Virus record (IMG/VR): IMGVR_UViG_3300024346_000004
Source of the DNA: a virus
Lineage: Duplodnaviria; Caudoviricetes
Length of the DNA stretch: 64,000 bases
Direction: 5' to 3' (one strand)
This document shows positions 40,037 to 48,961 of the stretch, in pieces. The notes beneath the pieces are model-generated. The model was not told where the DNA came from. It saw only the letters and a program-made list of their open reading frames with translations, and did not search any database. The position numbers and the translations under genes are program-made. Positions within the stretch are counted from its first letter, which is position 1. Each line of letters begins with the position of its first letter.

Positions 40037-40398
40037 AAATAAATATTACAGGAGATTATATTAATCTTCTTGATAAATTAAAACAAATAGATAATACATA
40101 CTATATAACAGAAGAAGATGCTTTAAGAGTTCATATATCTAATAACAAGCCTGATAATCATGTTCATGTATGGCAAAAAGTACATGATAATAAAGTAACA
40201 GATCCATATTCTTATTATGAAAAATTAAAACAAGATATGGGGTTGTTGATATTAGTGGTAAAAAATGTCTTCTACAATTCTAGACTAGGCACTATGCATT
40301 TAATATTTCATTACGATGGAATTGCTAGTTGCCAAAATGATCAAGAATTAGATTATATTTTAGCGGAAATGATTGCAGAACTTCAATATAATGAGTAA
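40033..40398 (+). CDS. Hypothetical protein
   Basis: 121 aa; ATGA overlap with the upstream gene. Confidence 0.7.
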   Translation: MKINITGDYINLLDKLKQIDNTYYITEEDALRVHISNNKPDNHVHVWQKVHDNKVTDPYSYYEKLKQDMGLLILVVKNVFYNSRLGTMHLIFHYDGIASCQNDQELDYILAEMIAELQYNE

Positions 40399-40627
40399 AT
40401 CCTTAATCAGTTGCTATTGCTCCGAATGCTATGAACAGTATTTTATGAGCAATGATGAAATATTAATACCTAAATCTATGAGTATTATGGCAAAAGCAAA
40501 AAATATCGAAGATCCAAAAACATGGATCGATTGGCTAGAACATATTCAAAATTATTGTCCTGAATGTAGGCTTAAAAAAGCTCCTGAATCATGTATTAAT
40601 AATTTATCTAGAATGACTAAGAGATAG
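40391..40627 (+). CDS. Small putative zinc-binding protein
   Basis: CYCSEC...YCPEC; the in-frame ATG at 40391 overlaps the upstream stop. Confidence 0.6.
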   Translation: MSKSLISCYCSECYEQYFMSNDEILIPKSMSIMAKAKNIEDPKTWIDWLEHIQNYCPECRLKKAPESCINNLSRMTKR

Positions 40628-41096
40628 CTTTTTCAACTAAAGATTTGAACATATCTTTTAATATTTTTTCAGAATCACTAGTAATCTTACCGTCTGAAAA
40701 TTCTAATCTTCCGCTGTCTAATAAATAAGAGGCTAGTCCTAATCCTGCATCTTCTGCTGTTTCAATTAATTCAGGATTAATCGATAATGGTTCAGAAGAA
40801 TTATCTATAGATTCATTTTGTGCAGTTCTAAATATTCTTGAAAATAAATGATCTATATATCTATCGTCTACAGATGAAGTTCTAAGATTATCAATATCTG
40901 CTTGTGGTATTTTGTTAACGTATGATTGAACAGCTTCTTTATGTTTAGGACATTCCCAGTAAGTAGATCTTAAACCACCTCTACAGTCTAAACATACAGG
41001 TGCGCCACATTCTGGTTTACTACATACACCCATGTAAGCTCTATGTACAGGCTTACCGCATTGTGAACATGTTAAATTAGGAACGTAATTTTTCAT
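40617..41096 (-). CDS. Zinc-finger protein with an acidic C-terminus
   Basis: CSQC...CSKPEC...CLDC...CPKH, followed by IFRTAQ. Confidence 0.7.
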   Translation of the reverse strand: MKNYVPNLTCSQCGKPVHRAYMGVCSKPECGAPVCLDCRGGLRSTYWECPKHKEAVQSYVNKIPQADIDNLRTSSVDDRYIDHLFSRIFRTAQNESIDNSSEPLSINPELIETAEDAGLGLASYLLDSGRLEFSDGKITSDSEKILKDMFKSLVEKAIS

Positions 41097-41100
41097 TTGC

Positions 41101-41129
41101 TTGACAATTCTACCTTTAAAAGATATATT
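41101..41129 (+). promoter_or_regulatory. Near-consensus sigma70/sigmaA promoter for the lytic transglycosylase
   Basis: TTGACA-17 nt-TATATT. Confidence 0.8.
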
Positions 41130-41135
41130 ATAGAT

Positions 41136-41265
41136 GTATTAAGGGGAAACCTTTAATATAGTAGGGCCTGAGAGGCAGCCCGAACTTATGCCATTCGTGG
41201 AAATCCAATAAAGGATGTCTCATACGTTGGAAAGAGCTAACACTTTCCCAACGCACTCTGGAGGT
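41136..41265 (+). ncRNA. Structured 5' leader, candidate cis-regulatory RNA/riboswitch
   Basis: GC-enriched 135-nt leader with at least five stems (GAAA and UUCG loops), ending in GGAGGT. Confidence 0.5.
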
Positions 41266-41270
41266 ATCAA

Positions 41271-41906
41271 ATGAAATATTTGGCACTATTTATGAGTATG
41301 ATTTCTTTCATACAAGTAGGTGTTAAGCATGAAAACTCGAAAGGTGCTTTGGTTGGTGCGGATACTACACAACAAAAATTAAATCTGCAAGCTTCTGAAA
41401 TGAGTCCTGATAAGAAAAAAATTATTGGCTTCATTCAGATCATACAACCAAAATATCCTATGGCAAAAGTTAAACAAATAGCTGATGTCATATTCTTAGC
41501 GAGCAAAAGATATAGGATTGATCCTTATGTTATTACTACTACAGCTTATGTAGAAAGTGAATTCGACATGAAATCAAAGCCCTGTATCGGTATTATGCAA
41601 ATGCTAGGATCTACAATTAGATCAGAATACAAAGGTACAAAACATGACCCTCGTACAGTACAAGGGAATATCATGTTAGGAACTGATTATCTGAAGAAAA
41701 TATTAGATATGCAAAAAAACAAATCTAATAGCCCATCAAGAATATCAGCTGACTGGAGATTCTATCGTCTAATGTGGGGCAGATATAGTGGGTATGGGAG
41801 CGGAAGTTTCTATGTCAAAAGAAACCAGACTGTGCTCCATTCCTTAAAAACCCTTAGCCTAGATAAACTCAAAGCTAAAATTAAAAGTAAAGGGCATATC
41901 TGGTAA
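41271..41906 (+). CDS. Lytic transglycosylase (SLT family) with an N-terminal hydrophobic signal/SAR-like segment
   Basis: YRIDPY...AYVESEF (catalytic Glu), IGIMQM, NIMLGTDYL, RYSG. Confidence 0.88.
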   Translation: MKYLALFMSMISFIQVGVKHENSKGALVGADTTQQKLNLQASEMSPDKKKIIGFIQIIQPKYPMAKVKQIADVIFLASKRYRIDPYVITTTAYVESEFDMKSKPCIGIMQMLGSTIRSEYKGTKHDPRTVQGNIMLGTDYLKKILDMQKNKSNSPSRISADWRFYRLMWGRYSGYGSGSFYVKRNQTVLHSLKTLSLDKLKAKIKSKGHIW

Positions 41907-41943
41907 AAAAAATGGGGAAGATAGAAATATCTTCCCCATTTTT
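41905..41943. terminator. Bidirectional Rho-independent terminator
   Basis: A8-TGGGGAAGATA-GAAA-TATCTTCCCCA-T5 between convergent genes. Confidence 0.9.
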
Positions 41944-41962
41944 AGCTTAGAAAGCAGAGAGA

Positions 41963-42799
41963 TTAGTAACCTCTGCGCTGTCCTGATGGATATCTTGAAG
42001 TCTGAGCTGCCAAAGAAATATTTGGTGTAGCATTTCCAGCTGCAAGAATCTGAGTCATGTCGAGAACTAATCTATTAAATTCGAAAGTATTCTTTTCGAA
42101 CTTCTTTTGAAGATTTCTCATAGAAAGAATAGTTTCGTTTGCGACGAGTGATCTTGCATCGTAATCTGTCTCTGCAACAAGAGCTGCATAAGCAGTGTCG
42201 AATGCAGTACAGGCTGCGACGATCTGATCCTTGACCTTAAGGAAATCTTCCCAGGTTTCGGTAGCGAGTGATGTTGCTGCAACGCCAACGTTAACGTCAG
42301 TAGGATACTTAGCAACTGAATTGTATACAGCAACAGCTGGTAACTCTTCAAATCTTACTGCATCAATACCGAGGGTAAATCCAGCAAGAATATTTCTAAG
42401 AACGAATACTTTCGCTCCGTTGACAGTACCACCATTGACAGCAACAAACTTGAAGTTGCTAGCTGCAAGTAATTTTGCAGAAGTGTCAAAGCTGGTATTT
42501 CTTGACCATGCACCAGATGCTGCGGTATAGATACCATTGTCAAATGCATTTGTCTGATTTTTTACGAGAACAAAGTTACCAGCTGAAACAGAAACACCAT
42601 CGATGGTCTGTGCGCCAGTAAGAGCGATGTTTGCTGTAGTAGCAGCATGAATAGTGGCAGGTGTACCTACTGTACCAGCAGCAGTAAATGCGACACTGAC
42701 AGCCTGAGTAAATTTAATTTCTCTCTTATCAGCAACGTTATCAACTGCTCTTGCTCCAGGTGCAATTCCACTGATGAAACTAGATGGATAGTTTGGCAT
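41963..42799 (-). CDS. Virion protein with one DRILVKNQ-NGIY module (decoration/fibre-like)
   Basis: AATTANIALTGAQTIDGV...VLVKNQTNAFDNGIY...W.R; AGGAG ribosome-binding site; higher GC than its neighbours. Confidence 0.75.
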   Translation of the reverse strand: MPNYPSSFISGIAPGARAVDNVADKREIKFTQAVSVAFTAAGTVGTPATIHAATTANIALTGAQTIDGVSVSAGNFVLVKNQTNAFDNGIYTAASGAWSRNTSFDTSAKLLAASNFKFVAVNGGTVNGAKVFVLRNILAGFTLGIDAVRFEELPAVAVYNSVAKYPTDVNVGVAATSLATETWEDFLKVKDQIVAACTAFDTAYAALVAETDYDARSLVANETILSMRNLQKKFEKNTFEFNRLVLDMTQILAAGNATPNISLAAQTSRYPSGQRRGY

Positions 42800-42868
42800 A
42801 TAAATCTCCTATAATTTTCCTTCGAAGAAAAAATTTAGTTTAAAACATTTTTTTGTTTTCTGATAACG

Positions 42869-42898
42869 TTTTTCTACATCTATCAGGTTATTTCCTTT
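42869..42898 (-). promoter_or_regulatory. AGGA-N18-GAA promoter (leftward of a divergent pair)
   Basis: AAAGGA-N18-GAAAAA. Confidence 0.65.
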
Positions 42899-42907
42899 TT
42901 TCTTGGA

Positions 42908-42937
42908 ACAGGATATATAAACCTTCTTGGAGAATAT
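42908..42937 (+). promoter_or_regulatory. AGGA-N18-GAAT promoter (rightward; heads the tail-fibre operon)
   Basis: ACAGGA-N18-GAATAT. Confidence 0.7.
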
Positions 42938-42970
42938 GCTATCTGTACAATAATCTTTGTAAAACAAAAA

Positions 42971-44485
42971 ATGCTAAAAGAAAATAACATTTGGTCAGGG
43001 TCAAATACATTTTTAAAAAGTGTAGTTTTCCCAAAAAATCAAACATTTCATCTTGATAATCTTGTATCAGATTCTCCAAAATCTGGTTCAATGTTATACT
43101 ACGATGGCTCAAAATATTCTAATATTGAGCCAGGTTCATCCAATTCATCTCTTGTATTACTGGGAGATAAACCTACATGGACTTCTATCAATATTTCTAA
43201 AGTATCTGGAATATTGCCTATAGAAAATGGCGGTACAGGCTGGACAAACGTACCAAATCCAGGTTTATTATTTATTAACAAAGATATTATTGAATCTATA
43301 TCTCCTGTAAATAACAAAGTATTAGCTTATATTAACAATGAATTTACATGGATTTCTTTACCTGAACAAGCAACTATCCAATCTATTGAAGTTCCAGACA
43401 CATCAAATTTTATTACTTTAGATGATATTCCTAAGCAAAAAGATTTCTGGGAAGTTACTAATGGCGGAACAGGTCTCAAAAATGTAAATAAGGGTGATTT
43501 ATTATATTCAAATCAAGATAATAAAATCACCGTATTATCAGCGGTTAGTAAAGAGAATTTTATTTTATCTGTAGAAAATGATCTCCCAAAATGGATTGAA
43601 CTAGATGTAAATAAAATCCTCAAAAAACAGATAAAAGATTTCCCAACATTTGAAATAACAGATAAAGTCAAAATTAATAATATTGAGATAGCTCGTATAG
43701 ATTCTGATATTAATGGAACAGCTTTATCTATTAGAGAAATTTTACCAGCTAATTTAGGTGGTACAGGTTTTGATGTTTCTAATATACCTATGGGATCAAT
43801 ATTATATGCTTCTGAACAATCACATTATAATATCTTGTCTCCTGGGGAAGCTGATTCTGTTTTAATATCTAATGGAGAAAATAAAGCTCCATCATATAAA
43901 AAGATTAATTTAGAATATGCAGCAGGATCAGGAATTAAGCTATCAGATAAAACATTTTCTTTTGATAATGAAGCTAGCTATACTTTTACAAATCCACAAA
44001 GTTTTAATCTTATATCTACCAAAATCGCTAAAGCATCAAGAATTATATTAGAAGAAGATACTATAGACAAAAATAATAATAGCTTGTTTGTAGATAACAA
44101 TACATTATTCTTTAGAAGTAATAACAATAACCATAATTTACTTCAAAAACAAGAGATTATACAACCATACATTACATTACAAATATTATGTAATACTAAC
44201 GATTTATCCGCTCCATTTATGATTCCTTACTTGTCAGATCATAAAGAACAATTTAGAGTAAAAAGATTAGATTGGTATATTACAGATTACAAAGAATCTA
44301 TCAACATAAATATAGTTAAAAATGGTATAGATTTATTATCTAATGATATTTTAGTAGATAATAAAACAGGATATATAAATAATTTTGGACTATTGGAATT
44401 ACTGTCTGGAGATTTTATATTTTTCTCAGCATCAGTGGAAAATAAATGGAATCTTTGGATTACTCTTGAAAGGCTATCTGTATGA
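42971..44485 (+). CDS. Tail fibre-related protein
   Basis: Repeated LP..NGGTG / GDLLY fibre motifs. Confidence 0.7.
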   Translation: MLKENNIWSGSNTFLKSVVFPKNQTFHLDNLVSDSPKSGSMLYYDGSKYSNIEPGSSNSSLVLLGDKPTWTSINISKVSGILPIENGGTGWTNVPNPGLLFINKDIIESISPVNNKVLAYINNEFTWISLPEQATIQSIEVPDTSNFITLDDIPKQKDFWEVTNGGTGLKNVNKGDLLYSNQDNKITVLSAVSKENFILSVENDLPKWIELDVNKILKKQIKDFPTFEITDKVKINNIEIARIDSDINGTALSIREILPANLGGTGFDVSNIPMGSILYASEQSHYNILSPGEADSVLISNGENKAPSYKKINLEYAAGSGIKLSDKTFSFDNEASYTFTNPQSFNLISTKIAKASRIILEEDTIDKNNNSLFVDNNTLFFRSNNNNHNLLQKQEIIQPYITLQILCNTNDLSAPFMIPYLSDHKEQFRVKRLDWYITDYKESININIVKNGIDLLSNDILVDNKTGYINNFGLLELLSGDFIFFSASVENKWNLWITLERLSV

Positions 44486-46911
44486 GTAATTTCTTTATAA
44501 TTCCACCTCGTTTGATTGTTGGCTCTACTCCTGGGGTCAATGTAGTAACAAGCTTAAATGGTCTTCGTGGAGATCTAATTGTAAGTGCTGATACTCTTTC
44601 TGGAATCTCAGCATCAGTAAATAATAAAACAATTACCCTTACCATATTGCCAAACTTCTATGTAAAAAAAGCTGGCGATACATTTCTTGGTAACCTTGAT
44701 TTTATTCCTACAGCTGGCAAATATGGTCTTAAACTATTAGCTTCAAATGTAGATCCAACAGAATTTGCTGAAGGCGCTATTTATTTTAACACTAACGCAA
44801 ATGTACTTAAAATTTATTCTGATGGTGCTTGGTTAACATTAGCTCAAACAGGTGCATTAACACAAGTAGATGGAGACCTTAGATATCTTAAAATAGATGC
44901 TAGTAATGGTCCTTTAACAGGCAACTTATCTTTAGGTACTACATTATTAGGTTTAGGACAAAAAAATTCCGATCCGCTTACTGGTGTTCCGGGACAGGTC
45001 TATTATAATACAACTACAAATTCACCAAGATTATATGATGGTACTGCTTGGACAGGATTTGCTGGTGCTGCGGTTAGTCTTACATCAGGGAACGGTATTA
45101 GTCTTTCTCCATCCACAATTACTTCCAATGGTTCTATATCAGTTAATCTTGGATATAATTTTATTTGGACAGGCTCTCATACACATAACAACGCTATAAC
45201 ATTTGCAGCTGCTCAAAGATTTGATATTACTAAATTAGAAATAACATCTCAAGCTACAGGTGATTTAACATATTATTCTGGTACTAACTGGACTAGAAGA
45301 GCAATTGGTACAGATGGTCAAGTATTATCCGTAGTATCTGGTGTACCTACTTGGAGTACGATTTCAGATGGTAGAATTGGCACCCCAGCAGATACATCTT
45401 ATTCTGATGGTTATTTTAGCACATGGACATCGAGTACTACAGTAGCAGATGCATTTGATGATGTTAATGAACTATTATTACTATTAGCTCCAACTCAAGG
45501 TGGTTTACTTACTGGAGTTAATCTTACATCATCTGGAGTTACGTTCTATTCAGCCAAAGTACCATCCGGATTACCTGCTGCTTGGTATGGCAATGGTGTT
45601 ACTGCTGGAAGTACTATTACATCTTATTATGTAACAGGTACATTATCTCTTGTATCACCGTCTCCATCAACTATTTTTAGAGCTGGTAAACTTAACACTC
45701 CATCTAGTTATGGCAATGTTGTTCATAAATTATATACTGTAGCAGCCCCATCTGGAACAGCGGTAGACACTATAGCTTTATCTAGTATTGTTTCTACTCC
45801 TTCTACAACAGGTTCTTTAACAATTACAGATTTTTCCACTTATAATACAATCTGGAAAAAAGCAAATGCAACAATATCTGTAGTGCAAACAAATGAAGGA
45901 TATGAAGGCCACAGTTTATTTGGAACAGAGGCTGGAGAATCTAATACAATCCATATATACAAGGATACTGTTAATCCAGCGCCATCTTTTAGCACATCAC
46001 CTACCGCAACACAAAATACCGCTTCTTTTAAATATTTATCCGGTATTCAATATTATAATCTTACATCTAGTTTTGATATGAGATTTGTTGCAGCTTCTGG
46101 TATATTTAATAGATGTTATCACCCTACTAAAGTAGCAGCTATAAATGCCACTGGTTTAACAGAAGTAAGTGTAAATCCAGCTACTACTCCTGTCTACACG
46201 GATACTTTTGATAAATCTGGGGCTAATTTTGTTACAACAACTTTGAATGTAGTTGATAGAAATTCATTAAATAAATACATCACGGTAACATTAAATAAAC
46301 CTGCTGGCGGGACAACATCAGTGAATGCATCTATTTCTTATTTTATTAATACATACACCACTAAATCAACACAAACAGCAGAATATTTTGTAGATGAAGC
46401 CCAAAGGTTGGTATTAGGTACAAACACTGCCTGGACATCTACAAATGCCCTAATTAATGGCAATGCGCAAGTAAGGAATTTCACTACAGCAAATACAGGA
46501 TGCTTACAAGTGGCTGATGGTACTGATTATCCAGGTTTTACAGGAAATCAAGAATATCAAAGATATTTCTACAAAACATCTGCATCTACAGGTTCTTTAG
46601 CATTTGGAAATATTTTATATACAGATATTGCTGCTCACGGTACTGGTAATGTAAATGTTTTACTTTATTTAGAAAATGATGCTAAATGGTTTGATCTAGC
46701 AGTACCTCAAGGATCAAATTCTAATGATGGTTCTTCTAGAGCTTTAGCTATTTCAGGTAGAGCTTTTGGTAGTAGCGGTGGAACTCTTAACTGGTCTATT
46801 GGAACATATACTACTGGTCCAACATCTTCTGGAAACTTAGGCAGATATAGAATTGTTATTATATTTAGAAATCTGACTACGACTAAAATAACTTCAATAG
46901 TGAGTAGCTAA
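44482..46911 (+). CDS. Tail fibre/baseplate-associated protein
   Basis: VTSLNGLRGD, G.IYFNT...KIY.DG.W repeats, GTDGQVLSV; S/T/G-rich. Confidence 0.75.
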   Translation: MSNFFIIPPRLIVGSTPGVNVVTSLNGLRGDLIVSADTLSGISASVNNKTITLTILPNFYVKKAGDTFLGNLDFIPTAGKYGLKLLASNVDPTEFAEGAIYFNTNANVLKIYSDGAWLTLAQTGALTQVDGDLRYLKIDASNGPLTGNLSLGTTLLGLGQKNSDPLTGVPGQVYYNTTTNSPRLYDGTAWTGFAGAAVSLTSGNGISLSPSTITSNGSISVNLGYNFIWTGSHTHNNAITFAAAQRFDITKLEITSQATGDLTYYSGTNWTRRAIGTDGQVLSVVSGVPTWSTISDGRIGTPADTSYSDGYFSTWTSSTTVADAFDDVNELLLLLAPTQGGLLTGVNLTSSGVTFYSAKVPSGLPAAWYGNGVTAGSTITSYYVTGTLSLVSPSPSTIFRAGKLNTPSSYGNVVHKLYTVAAPSGTAVDTIALSSIVSTPSTTGSLTITDFSTYNTIWKKANATISVVQTNEGYEGHSLFGTEAGESNTIHIYKDTVNPAPSFSTSPTATQNTASFKYLSGIQYYNLTSSFDMRFVAASGIFNRCYHPTKVAAINATGLTEVSVNPATTPVYTDTFDKSGANFVTTTLNVVDRNSLNKYITVTLNKPAGGTTSVNASISYFINTYTTKSTQTAEYFVDEAQRLVLGTNTAWTSTNALINGNAQVRNFTTANTGCLQVADGTDYPGFTGNQEYQRYFYKTSASTGSLAFGNILYTDIAAHGTGNVNVLLYLENDAKWFDLAVPQGSNSNDGSSRALAISGRAFGSSGGTLNWSIGTYTTGPTSSGNLGRYRIVIIFRNLTTTKITSIVSS

Positions 46912-46913
46912 AA

Positions 46914-48248
46914 ATGCCATGGCTTGACACAGATATTAGTTTTAAGAAACTAAACAATAAACGAATCACTACATCTACTGGTAAAGGTTTAGCAGAAGAA
47001 CGTGGCGCTTCTACTATTGAAAATCATGCCAGAGATTTAAAAATAGACACGATACCTGGTGTTCCTCCTGGTTCTACTACTACTATAGTCCAAGTTTATT
47101 CTACTGGATCTCCGTTGTTATTAGTAGAAGATCTTTCTGTACCTAATCAACAAGCTTGGTTTGCTACTTCTATTTCTGATACTGTTACAGCTAATAATGG
47201 TACTAATGGTTCTGAATCTGCTAGGTTGATGGATTGGATACCTGATAAATACGATTCTCCTGGTACTGTTTCTGGTACTGGATATGAAATCAAATTATAT
47301 GATTCTAGTAACGTTTTAATCCCAAAATCAGATTCATCTCAATGGTTCTTCGATTATCAAACAGGTATTTTATTATTTAAAAATGCTAATACAGATTCTG
47401 GTTCTGTTTCTTCAAGAGCTCCATTTAAAGTTGCAGGTTATAGATATGTAGGTAGAAAAGGTAGTTATTGGGCTATTCCAAGAACTGTTACTTTTGCTGG
47501 TGGTAATGTAACAGGATCTTTTACTATAGATGGTTCAGCAGATGTTCCTGGAGTGGTATTAACAGCTTCTATCTCTGCTGCGGGGCAATTAAATGTTACA
47601 GACGATACTACAACTAATGCAGCTCGTTACATTTCTTTCACTTCTGCTACATCAGGCGCTGCTACTTTTAACGTTTCTTCTACTAAGCTTACTTACAATC
47701 CATCTAGTGGAACTCTTAACTCAACTATTTTATCATCAGGAACATTATTAGCTCCATCTTCAAGTTTGGCTATAAAACCTACTACAAACGCTACTACTGC
47801 TATACAAATACAAAATAGCGCCGGAACATCTATTCTCAACATAGATACAACAAATAATAGAGTTGGTATCGGCACTACTACACCTTCATACGATCTTGAA
47901 GTAAACGGTGAAATATCAGCTACAAGTAAATCATTTGTAATTATTCATCCTACTAAAGAAGGAATGAAATTAAGATATGGAAGTTTAGAAGGACCTGAAA
48001 ATGGTGTATATGTAAGAGGTATTGCTAATTCTAATATAATAGAATTGCCAGATTATTGGACTGGTTTAGTAAATTCTTCTACTATTACTGTACATTTAAC
48101 ACCTATTGGGAAACATACTAATCTTGTTTTTATTAAATATGAAGACAATAAAGTATACATAAAAGCTGGCTGGTTTCAAAAGATTAATTGCTTCTATTCT
48201 ATATGGGCTGAAAGAAAAGATGTCCCCAAGATTAAGGTGGAATTTTAA
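46914..48248 (+). CDS. Tail fibre protein with a C-terminal KSF.I.HP...LEGPE domain
   Basis: NNRVGIGTTTP...LEVNG; TSKSFVIIHPTKEGMKLRYGSLEGPENGVYVRG. Confidence 0.75.
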   Translation: MPWLDTDISFKKLNNKRITTSTGKGLAEERGASTIENHARDLKIDTIPGVPPGSTTTIVQVYSTGSPLLLVEDLSVPNQQAWFATSISDTVTANNGTNGSESARLMDWIPDKYDSPGTVSGTGYEIKLYDSSNVLIPKSDSSQWFFDYQTGILLFKNANTDSGSVSSRAPFKVAGYRYVGRKGSYWAIPRTVTFAGGNVTGSFTIDGSADVPGVVLTASISAAGQLNVTDDTTTNAARYISFTSATSGAATFNVSSTKLTYNPSSGTLNSTILSSGTLLAPSSSLAIKPTTNATTAIQIQNSAGTSILNIDTTNNRVGIGTTTPSYDLEVNGEISATSKSFVIIHPTKEGMKLRYGSLEGPENGVYVRGIANSNIIELPDYWTGLVNSSTITVHLTPIGKHTNLVFIKYEDNKVYIKAGWFQKINCFYSIWAERKDVPKIKVEF

Positions 48249-48961
48249 TGGGTGTATTTTATAATCCATCTATTATCACTGAAGGATTAGTATTGTATCT
48301 AGATGCTGCTAATCTTAAAAGTTATCCTGGATCTGGGACGACATGGAATGATTTAAGTGGCAATAATAATAATGCTCCAATGGTCAATACTCCAACATAT
48401 TCTAATCTTAAAAATGGTGCTTTTACATTTGATGGAGCTGGAACTAATTATTTTGATTTAGATAGCAAAGCATCTCTTATAAATGTGAATGCAGGTACAG
48501 TTGGTGGATGGGTAAGATTCAACGATCTTGACTCAGATTCAACTAATTATGTTTTTGTTTCATATGGTGGAAATGCATATGGTGGAGGTTTTATTTTACA
48601 ACATGCAGGTCTTGGAGGGGCAGCATTAAGGTTAGAACTTCTAGCTTGGGGAGGTAGTATTACTGGAGTTCCGAGAGCAAACATAGATAAGGTTACAGCC
48701 TTGCCATTTCAGGGCCAAGATATTTACATGATCGGAACGTGGACAACATCAGAGGTCAAATTATATATCAATGGTGATTTAAGAGCTACAGTTTTAACAA
48801 ATGCAGCACTCCCATCCAGATCCACTTTGAGAATTAGTAGTGAAGCTGGTAGAAGTAGAGGTGTCAATGGGAATGTTTACAATTGCTCAATCTATAATCG
48901 TGCTTTATCTACTCAAGAAATCTTACAAAATTATAATGCCACAAAAGGAAGATATATGTAA
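48248..48961 (+). CDS. LamG/concanavalin-A-like domain protein
   Basis: GLVLYLDAAN.KSYPGSGTTWNDLSG...FTFDG...IYNRALS..EI.QNYNA. Confidence 0.85.
   Translation: MGVFYNPSIITEGLVLYLDAANLKSYPGSGTTWNDLSGNNNNAPMVNTPTYSNLKNGAFTFDGAGTNYFDLDSKASLINVNAGTVGGWVRFNDLDSDSTNYVFVSYGGNAYGGGFILQHAGLGGAALRLELLAWGGSITGVPRANIDKVTALPFQGQDIYMIGTWTTSEVKLYINGDLRATVLTNAALPSRSTLRISSEAGRSRGVNGNVYNCSIYNRALSTQEILQNYNATKGRYM

Noticed and set aside
41136-41265. tRNA or canonical c-di-AMP riboswitch call
   Set aside because: There is no cloverleaf or TTCGA T-loop in tRNA context, and two conserved ydaO blocks are missing. It is kept only as a candidate structured leader.
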